Part shown: positions 9,702 through 17,656 of the stretch, piece by piece
Position numbering within the stretch: position 1 is the stretch's first letter
Layout: each line of letters starts with the position of its first letter
NCBI GenBank assembly: GCA_025456145.1
Contig: JALOLD010000002.1
Span: 61,549-125,548 of the forward strand
Reading direction: 5' to 3'
Origin: Thermoanaerobaculales bacterium
GTDB taxonomy: Bacteria; Acidobacteriota; Thermoanaerobaculia; Thermoanaerobaculales; Sulfomarinibacteraceae
Length of the DNA: 64,000 bases
Translations under genes and position numbers: made by a program
The notes under the pieces: model-generated
What the model saw: only the letters and a program-made list of their open reading frames with translations
Told to the model about the DNA's origin: nothing
Databases searched by the model: none

Positions 9702-9733
9702 ACGGGGCCCATCCGGGCCCCGTTATCGTTTTT
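9702..9733 (+). terminator. Rho-independent terminator after atpE
   Basis: Stem ACGGGGCCC (9702-9710), loop ATCC, stem GGGCCCCGT (9715-9723), followed by TATCGTTTTT. Confidence 0.7.
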
Positions 9734-9793
9734 GGGCGCTCGCTGTTTCGTGAGTGAAACATTCACCTTCATGGGGAATTTTCACGGGACCGC

Positions 9794-9822
9794 TTGACAG
9801 GCATGTTTCATCTCTGTATCAT
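9794..9822 (+). promoter_or_regulatory. Sigma70-type promoter of the ECF sigma gene
   Basis: TTGACA (9794-9799), 17-nt spacer, TATCAT (9817-9822). GGGAGG SD at 9834-9839 and ATG at 9844. Confidence 0.6.
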
Positions 9823-9843
9823 CGCTCAACCGTGGGAGGCCTC

Positions 9844-10488
9844 ATGATCGATGCAGCAGCCGAACCGAGAATGTGGGACTTCAGCTCTGGTGTCCTGCCC
9901 TATCGAGACCAGCTCTTCAAGAGCGCGCTGCGGATGACCCGGTCGGTCGACGATGCCGAGGACCTGCTCCAGGAGACCTACCTCAAGGCCTTCAAGTACT
10001 ACGAGCGGTTCTCCGAGGGCACCAACTTCAAGGCCTGGCTGTTCAAGATCATGAAGAACACCTTCATCAACTCGTACCGCAAGAAGAAGCTGCAGCCGCC
10101 GAAGGTCGACTTCGACGAGGTCCACGAGGGCCTCGAGGAGACCCTGCTCGACGCCGCGGCGCGGAGCCAGGTCGATCCGGAGGCGAGCGCGATGGCGATC
10201 GAGATGGACCACGAGGTTCGCAAGACGCTGCTCGAGCTGCCCCACGACTACAAGATGGTCGTCCTGCTCGCCGATTTAGAGGGCTTCGCCTACAAGGAGA
10301 TCGCCGAGATCCTCGAGGTCCCGGTGGGCACGGTGATGTCGCGGCTCTATCGCGGCCGGCGGATGCTCGAGCGCGCCCTGCTCAGCTACGGGACCCGCTA
10401 CAACTACCTGACGACGCCGCCGGAGAAGCTGCGCGACGAGAAGATCGACGTCAGCGACTACTTCAGGACACCAGCAGCCGCACATTAG
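9844..10488 (+). CDS. ECF-type RNA polymerase sigma factor (SigE/SigH-like)
   Basis: Region 2 reads DAEDLLQETYLKAFKYYERFSEGTNFKAWLFKIMKNTFINSYRKKK. Region 4 reads LPHDYKMVVLLADLEGFAYKEIAEILEVPVGTVMSRLYRGRRML. ATG 9844 chosen for its SD; the ORF track starts at 9754. Confidence 0.9.
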   Translation: MIDAAAEPRMWDFSSGVLPYRDQLFKSALRMTRSVDDAEDLLQETYLKAFKYYERFSEGTNFKAWLFKIMKNTFINSYRKKKLQPPKVDFDEVHEGLEETLLDAAARSQVDPEASAMAIEMDHEVRKTLLELPHDYKMVVLLADLEGFAYKEIAEILEVPVGTVMSRLYRGRRMLERALLSYGTRYNYLTTPPEKLRDEKIDVSDYFRTPAAAH

Positions 10489-10510
10489 ACGGCACACTCC
10501 TCCACGTTTT

Positions 10511-10551
10511 GCCGGAGCGGACCCCTCCTTCCCCGCTCCGGCCATTTTTTT
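10511..10551 (+). terminator. Rho-independent terminator after the sigma factor gene
   Basis: GCCGGAGCGG (10511-10520), 12-nt loop, CCGCTCCGGC (10533-10542), then CA + TTTTTTT (10545-10551). Confidence 0.7.
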
Positions 10552-10609
10552 GACAGTGGGAGAATGTCGCGGCGGGGGAATCCAAGCCGCAGGAGGGAAG
10601 GGTGGTGAG

Positions 10610-11626
10610 ATGCGCCAGGTCTGGATACCGAGGACAGGCGGGCCGGAGGTTCTCGAGGTGCGCGAGGCGCCCGATCCGACTCCGGGGGCGGATCAGGTGC
10701 GGATCCGGGTGGCGGCGAGCGGTGTCAACTTCGCGGACATCCTGGCGAGGCTGGGACTCTACCCGGACGCGCCGAAGCCCCCGCTGGTCGTCGGCTATGA
10801 GGTGGCCGGTGTCGTCGACCGGGTCGGAGACCGAGTTTCGGGCCTGGCCGAGGGCGACCGGGTGCTCGCCCTCACCAGATTCGGGGGCTACAGCGATGTG
10901 GTCTGCGCGCACCATCAGCTGGTCGCGCACATACCGGACGGCCTCGGCTTCGATGGCGCGGCGTCGATCCCGATCAACTGGCTGACCGCGTGGATCATGC
11001 TCGTCCGGCTCGGCGGTGTTCGGGCCGGTGATCGCGTCCTCGTCCACGCGGCCGCCGGTGGCGTCGGTCAGGCGGCGGTGCAGATCTGTCGACACCGGGG
11101 CGCCGAGGTCATCGGCACCGCCTCTCCGGTCAAGCATGAACGCCTCGCCGCGCTCGGCGTCGCCCATTGCATCGATTACCGCGCTGGGGACTTCGTGACC
11201 GAGGTCAGCCGGATCACCGGCGGGCGCGGCGTCGACATCGCCCTCGACGCGATCGGCGGCGACAGCTTCGCGAGGAGCTATCGCTGCCTCGCCTCGCTCG
11301 GTCGGCTCTTCGTCTACGGGGTGTCGAGCTTCGCACCTTCAACCCGGCGCAACCTGGTTGCGGCCCTGACCGGGCTGTGGCGGACCCCCACCTTCAAGCC
11401 GATCCCGTTGATGAACCACAACCGTGGCGTCCTCGGCGTCAACCTCGGCCACCTCTGGGACCGCGGCGACGAGCTGCGAGCGATGCTCCACGAGATCATC
11501 ACGCTCTTCGCCGACGGAGTCTTCCAGCCCGTGGTCGATCGGAGCTTCGCCTTCGACGAGGCCCCCGCTGCCCACCTTTACATCCAGCAGCGGAAGAACT
11601 TCGGAAAGGTCGTCCTCGCACCCTGA
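10610..11626 (+). CDS. MDR-family NADPH:quinone oxidoreductase / zinc-type alcohol dehydrogenase-like protein
   Basis: GVNFADILARLGLYPDAPKPPLVVGYEVAGVV together with the cofactor motif HAAAGGVGQAAVQI. ATG 10610 lies after a GGAGGGAAGG SD. Confidence 0.85.
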   Translation: MRQVWIPRTGGPEVLEVREAPDPTPGADQVRIRVAASGVNFADILARLGLYPDAPKPPLVVGYEVAGVVDRVGDRVSGLAEGDRVLALTRFGGYSDVVCAHHQLVAHIPDGLGFDGAASIPINWLTAWIMLVRLGGVRAGDRVLVHAAAGGVGQAAVQICRHRGAEVIGTASPVKHERLAALGVAHCIDYRAGDFVTEVSRITGGRGVDIALDAIGGDSFARSYRCLASLGRLFVYGVSSFAPSTRRNLVAALTGLWRTPTFKPIPLMNHNRGVLGVNLGHLWDRGDELRAMLHEIITLFADGVFQPVVDRSFAFDEAPAAHLYIQQRKNFGKVVLAP

Positions 11627-11638
11627 GCCGAGTCCGGC

Positions 11639-13045
11639 TCAGCGCGGTCGGCCGATCGTCATCGCCGGCTCGGCCTCGTGGTAGGACCGCTCGGTGTTGA
11701 CCGACCAGAGGTCGTGGCGGCCGCCGAGCAGATTGGCGGCGGCGAGGCTGCCGGTGAGCATCGAGTGGTCCATGTTGTTGTAGCGGTGCATCCCGTTACG
11801 ACCCATGGTCTGGAGATTGCCGAGGGTCGCGAGGTACGAGCGCAGGATGCCGAGGTTGGGCGGGAAGCGGTCGTCGTACATCGGGTAGGCGAGGGGCTGC
11901 CGGATCACCATCCCGTCGAGGAGATCGCCGGCGGCCGCCAGCCCGATCCGCTCGAGCTCGGAGGCGGCGAGCCGCACCAGGTCGCCGTCGGACATCGCCC
12001 ACAGCCGGTCGCCCTGATCGCAGAAGTACTCCATCCCGACGCTGCTCGTCGCGGGGTCGGGTACCAGGTCGGGGCTCCAGTTGGTGAAGTTCTGGATCCG
12101 ACCGACCAGCACCTGGGGATCGTGGATGTAGATCCACTGGTCCGGGAACAACCGGTCGCGACCGAGGATCAGCCCGACGCTGATCATCGACCGATGGCGG
12201 AGCGAGGCGGCGGCGGCGAGCACCTCATCCGGGGGCGGCGGGTCGAGCCGTGCGACGAGATGGGTGATCGGCATGCTCGACAGCACCTGGTCGACGGCGA
12301 TCCGCTCGCCCCCGGCCGTCACCGCGGCGACGACGCCGGCCGCATGGTGGAGCCGTTCGACCTCGGCGCCGAGCCGGATCTCGCCGCCGCTCGAGGTCAA
12401 CACGGCGGCGAAGCGCTCCCACATCATCCCCGGCCCGAGCCGGGGGTAGTGGAACCGCTCGATCAGCGACCGCGAGCCGTTGCTGCCGATGATCGCGCCG
12501 CTGACCGCCTTGAGCAGCGACAGGTCCTGGATCCGCTGCACCGCCCACTCGGCGCGGATCTGCGATCCCGGAACCCCCCAGACCTTCTCGGTGTAGCCGG
12601 CGAAGAAGCGGTCGTACAGCCTCCGGCCGAAGCGCTGGCTGACCCACTCCTCAAAGGTCTCGGCGGGTCGTCGGGGGGTCAGACCGGCCCTCAGATAGCT
12701 CGCCACCGCGGCGACGCTCTCGAGGGCGCCGAGGTTGCGCAGGGTGTTGCCGATCCGCAGCGGGTACCTGAAGAACCGGCCGCCGTAGTGGATCCTCGAC
12801 AGCCTCTCGGTCAAGCGGAAGTCGTCGCCGAGCATCTCGTGCCAGAGCCGCTCGATCTGGGGGACCTTGGTGTAGAACCGGTGGCCCCCGACGTCGAAGC
12901 GGTAGCCCTTGAAGACCTCGGTGCGGGCGATCCCGCCGACCGTGGGGGCGGCCTCGAGCACGAGTGGTCTCCGCCCATGGCGCGCGAGCTCGTGCGCGGC
13001 GCTCAGCCCGGCCGGTCCCGCGCCGATGACGACGGTTCTCGTCAC
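11639..13045 (-). CDS. NAD(P)/FAD-dependent oxidoreductase, UDP-galactopyranose-mutase-like
   Basis: GTG start at 13045, overlapping the GT2 stop (GTGA). N-terminal dinucleotide fold VVIGAGPAGLSAAHEL..GG, then VGGHRFYTK, and C-terminal GRNGMHRYNNMDHSM resembling the UGM RY-x-x-MD motif. Confidence 0.75.
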   Translation of the reverse strand: MTRTVVIGAGPAGLSAAHELARHGRRPLVLEAAPTVGGIARTEVFKGYRFDVGGHRFYTKVPQIERLWHEMLGDDFRLTERLSRIHYGGRFFRYPLRIGNTLRNLGALESVAAVASYLRAGLTPRRPAETFEEWVSQRFGRRLYDRFFAGYTEKVWGVPGSQIRAEWAVQRIQDLSLLKAVSGAIIGSNGSRSLIERFHYPRLGPGMMWERFAAVLTSSGGEIRLGAEVERLHHAAGVVAAVTAGGERIAVDQVLSSMPITHLVARLDPPPPDEVLAAAASLRHRSMISVGLILGRDRLFPDQWIYIHDPQVLVGRIQNFTNWSPDLVPDPATSSVGMEYFCDQGDRLWAMSDGDLVRLAASELERIGLAAAGDLLDGMVIRQPLAYPMYDDRFPPNLGILRSYLATLGNLQTMGRNGMHRYNNMDHSMLTGSLAAANLLGGRHDLWSVNTERSYHEAEPAMTIGRPR

Positions 13046-14085
13046 GCGGCCTTGGCTCTCTCGGCAACCGGCAGCAGCGGGCGGCGACGAGGGACCATGG
13101 CGCGGGCCGCGCCGATCACGAACCCGACGCCGCAGATCAGGTAGTACAGCCAGTGCAGCGGAACCGCCCGGATCGCGAACCAGATCCCGTGCCGGCGGGC
13201 GAGGAACCGGTAGAAGCTCAGGTTGACCGCAACCAGGCCGAGCGCAGCGGCGGCGGTGGCCAGGGCCGCGGCGGGCCACGCCGCGGCAGCGGCGAGCGCC
13301 ACCAGGGCGACGGCGACCAAAGCGACGCTCGTCCGGCCGATGAGGTCGGTGTTGAGGTCGTTGAGCAGCCGGCGATGGCGGATCATGAGCTCGCTCCACG
13401 GGATCGCCCGCTTGGTGAGATCGGTCCACACCATACCGGCGAAGCTCCAGCGTTTGAGGTGTCTGACCTGGAGCGAGGGCTCGAGCTCGATCTCATGCCC
13501 GGCGGCGCGAAGCCGGGCGCCGAAGGCGATGTCCTCGATGCACGGCTGGTCTGAGCGCTCCGGGAAGCCCCCGACGGTCTCGAAGACCCATCGTCGCACC
13601 GCGCCGCAGCCGCTCCAGAAGGTCGAGGCCCGGCGCCGTCCGTGCTGGTGAACCCAGTGGTGGAGGAGGTTGCGGTAGCGGGACACGAGGCCCGGGGCCG
13701 CCGGATCGTCGTCGTACGAGCCGAAGAGCGCGCTCGGGCCGGCCGGACCGGCAAAGGCCCGGGCGACGAGACCGACGACATCGGCCGGCGCCTCGACATC
13801 GGAGTCGACGAAGAGCAGGATCTCCGACCGCGACCTCGCCGCCCCATGGTTTCTCGCCGCCGCCGGGCCCTCGCAGTCGGGGAGGACTACGACCTCGAAC
13901 CCGGGCTGCCGGGCGAGCTCGGCGAGCTCGCTCCCGGCGCCGTCGATCACCACGATGACCTGCTCGGGCCGGGGCCGGCAGCGACCGAGGGCTCGCAGGC
14001 ACGGCGCGAGCCATTCGGCCCCCGGCCCGACCGGGACGATCACCGACACGGTCGGCGTGACGGACAGGTCCTCGTTGATTGGCAC
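13042..14085 (-). CDS. Family 2 glycosyltransferase with C-terminal TM helices
   Basis: VSVIVPVGPG.., VVIDGAGS.., FVDSDV (DxD), and a C-terminal hydrophobic segment. GTG start at 14085. Confidence 0.85.
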   Translation of the reverse strand: MPINEDLSVTPTVSVIVPVGPGAEWLAPCLRALGRCRPRPEQVIVVIDGAGSELAELARQPGFEVVVLPDCEGPAAARNHGAARSRSEILLFVDSDVEAPADVVGLVARAFAGPAGPSALFGSYDDDPAAPGLVSRYRNLLHHWVHQHGRRRASTFWSGCGAVRRWVFETVGGFPERSDQPCIEDIAFGARLRAAGHEIELEPSLQVRHLKRWSFAGMVWTDLTKRAIPWSELMIRHRRLLNDLNTDLIGRTSVALVAVALVALAAAAAWPAAALATAAAALGLVAVNLSFYRFLARRHGIWFAIRAVPLHWLYYLICGVGFVIGAARAMVPRRRPLLPVAERAKAA

Positions 14086-14220
14086 CGGCGCATCCTAGCA
14101 GACCGGCGTCGGGAGACCTGGCCCGGGACCTGCCGGGTACCCCTTTCGGCGTCCATGCAGATCGGCCGGAGGGGCAGCGCGGACGAGCCCGGCCAATCCG
14201 AATCCGGCGGAACCCGAGAG

Positions 14221-14361
14221 TCAGCGGTCGCGCATGACACGGCCGCGGGTGCGCTCGCCGGAGATGTCGAGAGCGGCGAACCACGGCCGGCTCTGCGGCA
14301 GCCGGAAGAGGGTGATGCCCCGGCGCGGTCCGACCTCGAGGGCGAGCGACGGCGCCCTCAC
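14221..14361 (-). CDS. Candidate 46-aa small ORF coupled to the upstream membrane-protein gene
   Basis: GTG (14361-14359) overlaps the TGA (14360-14358) of the upstream gene, the GTGA coupling seen elsewhere in the window. About 43 of 46 codons end in G/C. Product is VRAPSLALEVGPRRGITLFRLPQSRPWFAALDISGERTRGRVMRDR. No recognisable family. Confidence 0.3.
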   Translation of the reverse strand: MRAPSLALEVGPRRGITLFRLPQSRPWFAALDISGERTRGRVMRDR

Positions 14362-15956
14362 GGGCCGGGGTGGAGCGCCTCGACCGGCAGCATGTAGAGC
14401 TCGAATCGCTCGGAGGCGACCATGGAATCGGGGAAATCGCCGATCCTGACCGCGTTGCCGAGGACCTTCGGACGACGCTTCCCGGCGCGGCTGAAGAGGA
14501 TCAGGACATCGCCATCCCGGCGGAGCGCCAGCGCCGTGGCAGCGGCGAGCACGTCGCCGTCGTCGACCGGCCGGCGATCGGGCGCGCCCCACGGGACGTA
14601 GCTCGTCTCACGGCCGACCGACGGCTGGAAGATCGGGCGCCGCAGATAGCCACCGACCCCGGCCACGACTGACTCGCGATGGCCGACGATCGGCAGGTCG
14701 GAGTACCCGTGCTCGGCGATCGACCGGGCGACCTCGCGGGCCGCCGAGAACGGGTCCCGCCAGTCCCGGGCGCAGGCGTACAGACCGGCGGCGAGGTTGA
14801 CGAGGAGCAGGACCGCGACGAGGGGGTCGAGGCGAGGGCGGGGCGCCGCCCTCCCGGGCCCGTCGGTCTCCCGGTCCATGAGCAGCCAGGTACAGGCGAG
14901 CAGCAGCAGCATGTGGTGACCGTGGTGCCTGAGGTGGCCGACGTAGACCAGGAAGGCGAAGGCGACCAGGGCGGTCGAGCCGCCGAGATAGAGCAGGAGC
15001 AGCGGCGGCCGCCGGCGGAACGACCAGGCGAGAGCGACGACCAGGATCAGTCCGAGCACCGCCTGGATGACCATCCCGTCGGGCAGGAGGTCGAGCAGGT
15101 TCGAGCCCCAGAAGTTGAATCGCGGGCGGGGCAGCGGCGCCAGACCGCGCCACGGTCCGGCGAGCACGTCGAGGACCCTCGGGGGAGCGGTGATCACCTC
15201 GGGGACGAACGGCCGCTTGACCGCCAGCCCGCCGGTGAGCTGGAGGGCGCTGGCCGCCAGCCCGGACAGCCACAATGCGAGGGCGGCGATCGGTCGTCGG
15301 AGCGGCGTCGATGCCTCGCCGAGCCGTGTCCGATCGTCGACGATCCACATGAGACCCAGGGCGAGGCTCAGGATGAGGCCATAGACGCTGGTCTGGGCGA
15401 GCAGGAAGAGCAGGGTCGCCGCGTACCCCGGGCGGCGATGGCGAGCCGGGTAGAGCGCGCAGAAGCCAAACAGCAGCAGCACGCCGAGCCCGTAGTTGCG
15501 GCTGATCGCGCAGTACTCGTAGAGCGGGAAGTAGCCGAGCACCGCGATCGTCCGCCAGATGAGCGGAAACGGGGCGGCGACGAGGACCACCGCGGCGCCC
15601 GCGATGGCGATCGCGAGGTGAAGGAGCTGCATCGCGACCGGGTGGTCGGTGAGCCTGGAGAGCGGGTAGAGCAGCGCGTACCAGAGGCCCGGGTGGCCCT
15701 CCGAGCGGATGTTGGCGGCGAGCTCGGCCGGGGTCGCGGAGGCGGTCGCGGCCTGCCACGCCCGCAGCTCGTCGCGCCACATCTCGTGCCGGAGAGTGGT
15801 GGTTGTCGCGATTGCCGCGAACACCAGCAGCGCGACGAGCACGCCGACGCGGCCCCTTGTCGAGGCGGCGTTGCCCGGGCGGTCGACGGTGGTCAGCGGC
15901 GCCCCCATCATCCTCCGGTGAGCCGGAACGACGGCCACCGTCGAGAAAGGCCGCAT
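14358..15956 (-). CDS. Large polytopic membrane protein, putative GT-C-type glycosyltransferase
   Basis: About 532 aa with more than 10 predicted TM segments and a soluble C-terminal domain. Lies upstream of, and co-oriented with, the GT2 and flavoenzyme genes. Start is ATG 15956, with alternates at 15911 and 15908. The 5' part of ORF 14358..16748 is off-frame shadow over purA. Confidence 0.65.
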   Translation of the reverse strand: MRPFSTVAVVPAHRRMMGAPLTTVDRPGNAASTRGRVGVLVALLVFAAIATTTTLRHEMWRDELRAWQAATASATPAELAANIRSEGHPGLWYALLYPLSRLTDHPVAMQLLHLAIAIAGAAVVLVAAPFPLIWRTIAVLGYFPLYEYCAISRNYGLGVLLLFGFCALYPARHRRPGYAATLLFLLAQTSVYGLILSLALGLMWIVDDRTRLGEASTPLRRPIAALALWLSGLAASALQLTGGLAVKRPFVPEVITAPPRVLDVLAGPWRGLAPLPRPRFNFWGSNLLDLLPDGMVIQAVLGLILVVALAWSFRRRPPLLLLYLGGSTALVAFAFLVYVGHLRHHGHHMLLLLACTWLLMDRETDGPGRAAPRPRLDPLVAVLLLVNLAAGLYACARDWRDPFSAAREVARSIAEHGYSDLPIVGHRESVVAGVGGYLRRPIFQPSVGRETSYVPWGAPDRRPVDDGDVLAAATALALRRDGDVLILFSRAGKRRPKVLGNAVRIGDFPDSMVASERFELYMLPVEALHPGP

Positions 15957-16060
15957 GGCGCCGGCGCCGGTCTCAGGGGATTGACGGACATGGCGGGGGG
16001 ATTCTACACCGCCGACCTCGGGTCGGTCGCGCCCGCCGGGGTCTTCCGGGAGGCCTTCGC

Positions 16061-16089
16061 TTGGCCGTCGCCGCCGATCGCGATAAGAT
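16061..16089 (+). promoter_or_regulatory. Possible purA promoter
   Basis: TTGGCC (16061-16066), 17-nt spacer, TAAGAT (16084-16089), 18 nt upstream of ATG 16107. Only a moderate match to consensus. Confidence 0.35.
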
Positions 16090-16106
16090 CGCGCGCCGGA
16101 GGCCGC

Positions 16107-17441
16107 ATGAGCCAGGACTCTCTGATGATCATCGGTGGTCAGTGGGGCGACGAGGGCAAGGGCAAGGTCGTCGACCTGCTGTCCGGGGGCTTTGCCGCCG
16201 TCGTGCGCTACAACGGCGGCAACAACGCCGGCCACACGGTGCGCTTCGCCGACCGTCGCTTCGCCCTGCACCTCGTCCCGTCGGGGATCATCCACCCGGG
16301 CGTCACCTGCTACCTCGCCTCGGGGATGGTCGTCGACCCGAGCGGTCTGGTCGGCGAGATGGACAAGCTCGTCGGCGAGGGAGTCGAGATCGACGGGCGG
16401 ATCGTCCTGTCGCCCCGTGCGACCCTCATCCTGCCGACCCACCGCGCCCTCGACGCGGCGCGGGAGGGGATGCGTGGCGCCGACAGGATCGGCACCACCG
16501 GGCGCGGCATCGGACCCGCCTACCAGGACCGCGCTCAGCGTCGGGCGTTGCGCGGTCATGTCCTCGCCGACGATCCGTCGACGCGACGCCGCGACGCGAT
16601 GGCGCTGATGGAGCAGCACAACCACGAGCTCGAGGCGCTGTTCGGCGCCGAGCCGGTCGACCTCGAGGTCGCGATGGCCGAGCTCGAGCGGGTCGCCGGA
16701 CGGCTCGGCCCGCTGGTCGCCGAGGTCGGGCCGGCGCTGCGCCGGCACCGAGCCGACGGCGAGGCGGTGCTCTTCGAGGGGGCCCAGGGCGTGATGCTCG
16801 ACCTGGCCTGGGGAACCTACCCCTATGTCACCTCGTCGTCCTGCCTGCCGGGCTTCGCCGCCGCCTCGTGCGGCATCGGTCCGCGGCTGCTCGGCCCGGT
16901 CATCGGCGTCATGAAGGCCTATGCGACGCGGGTCGGCGGCGGGCCCTTCCCGACCGAGCTCGACGACGCCACCGGCGAGGGTCTGCGCGAGCGTGGTGCC
17001 GAGTACGGTACGACCACCGGCCGGCCGCGGCGGTGCGGCTGGTTCGACGCGGTCGCCGCCCGGTTCGCGGTCGAGGTCGCGGGGATCGACGCGGTGGCCG
17101 TGACCAAGCTCGACGTCCTCGACGGCTGTCCCGAGATCAGGGTCGCGACCGCCTACCGGCTGCCCGACGGCTCGGCCGTCGACACCTTCCCGGCCGACTC
17201 GACGGTCGCCGAGCGCCTCGAGCCGGTCTACGAGACCCTACCGGGCTGGCGCCGGCCGACCGAGGGCGTGACCCGGATCGCCGACCTGCCCGCCGAGGCC
17301 CGGGACTACCTCGGCTACCTCGAGGCGAAGGTCGGGGCGCCGATCGTGATCGTCTCGACCGGGCCGCGCCGCGAGGAGACCCTGGTGCGCGGTGACGGCG
17401 AGCTCGAGCGGCGACTGCGCGAGCTCGTCGCCGGCGGCTGA
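16107..17441 (+). CDS. purA: Adenylosuccinate synthase
   Basis: GGQWGDEGKGKVVD P-loop, NNAGHT, GTTGRGIGPAY, TTGRPRRCGWFD. ATG 16107 is in frame with ORF 14679..17441. Confidence 0.95.
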   Translation: MSQDSLMIIGGQWGDEGKGKVVDLLSGGFAAVVRYNGGNNAGHTVRFADRRFALHLVPSGIIHPGVTCYLASGMVVDPSGLVGEMDKLVGEGVEIDGRIVLSPRATLILPTHRALDAAREGMRGADRIGTTGRGIGPAYQDRAQRRALRGHVLADDPSTRRRDAMALMEQHNHELEALFGAEPVDLEVAMAELERVAGRLGPLVAEVGPALRRHRADGEAVLFEGAQGVMLDLAWGTYPYVTSSSCLPGFAAASCGIGPRLLGPVIGVMKAYATRVGGGPFPTELDDATGEGLRERGAEYGTTTGRPRRCGWFDAVAARFAVEVAGIDAVAVTKLDVLDGCPEIRVATAYRLPDGSAVDTFPADSTVAERLEPVYETLPGWRRPTEGVTRIADLPAEARDYLGYLEAKVGAPIVIVSTGPRREETLVRGDGELERRLRELVAGG

Positions 17442-17496
17442 GACCGCCGCCCTTGACCCCGGATTCGACGGGTATTACCTTGGTCCTTCTTCGGGT

Positions 17497-17572
17497 GGGC
17501 CGTTAGCTCAGGTGGTAGAGCATCTGACTTTTAATCAGGTGGTCGCTGGTTCGAGTCCAGCACGGCTCACCA
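17497..17572 (+). tRNA. tRNA-Lys (anticodon UUU)
   Basis: Manual cloverleaf: acceptor GGGCCGT/ACGGCTC, D-arm GCTC..GAGC, anticodon stem TCTGA/TCAGG with loop CTTTTAA, T-arm GCTGG-TTCGAGT-CCAGC. CCA is encoded. Confidence 0.9.
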
Positions 17573-17656
17573 GTTACCGTTTCGGCGTCGCCGAAACCGG
17601 GGGTGCCGCGGCACGGCCGTGAGTCAGCGGGCCGGCCAGGTCGGCATGGGGGGGTC

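Noticed and set aside
10489-10609. Search for a small anti-sigma factor ORF downstream of the ECF sigma gene, including overlapping ORF 9873..10553.
   Set aside because: The region is occupied by a terminator and the SD of the next gene. ORF 9873..10553 is an off-frame shadow of the sigma gene.
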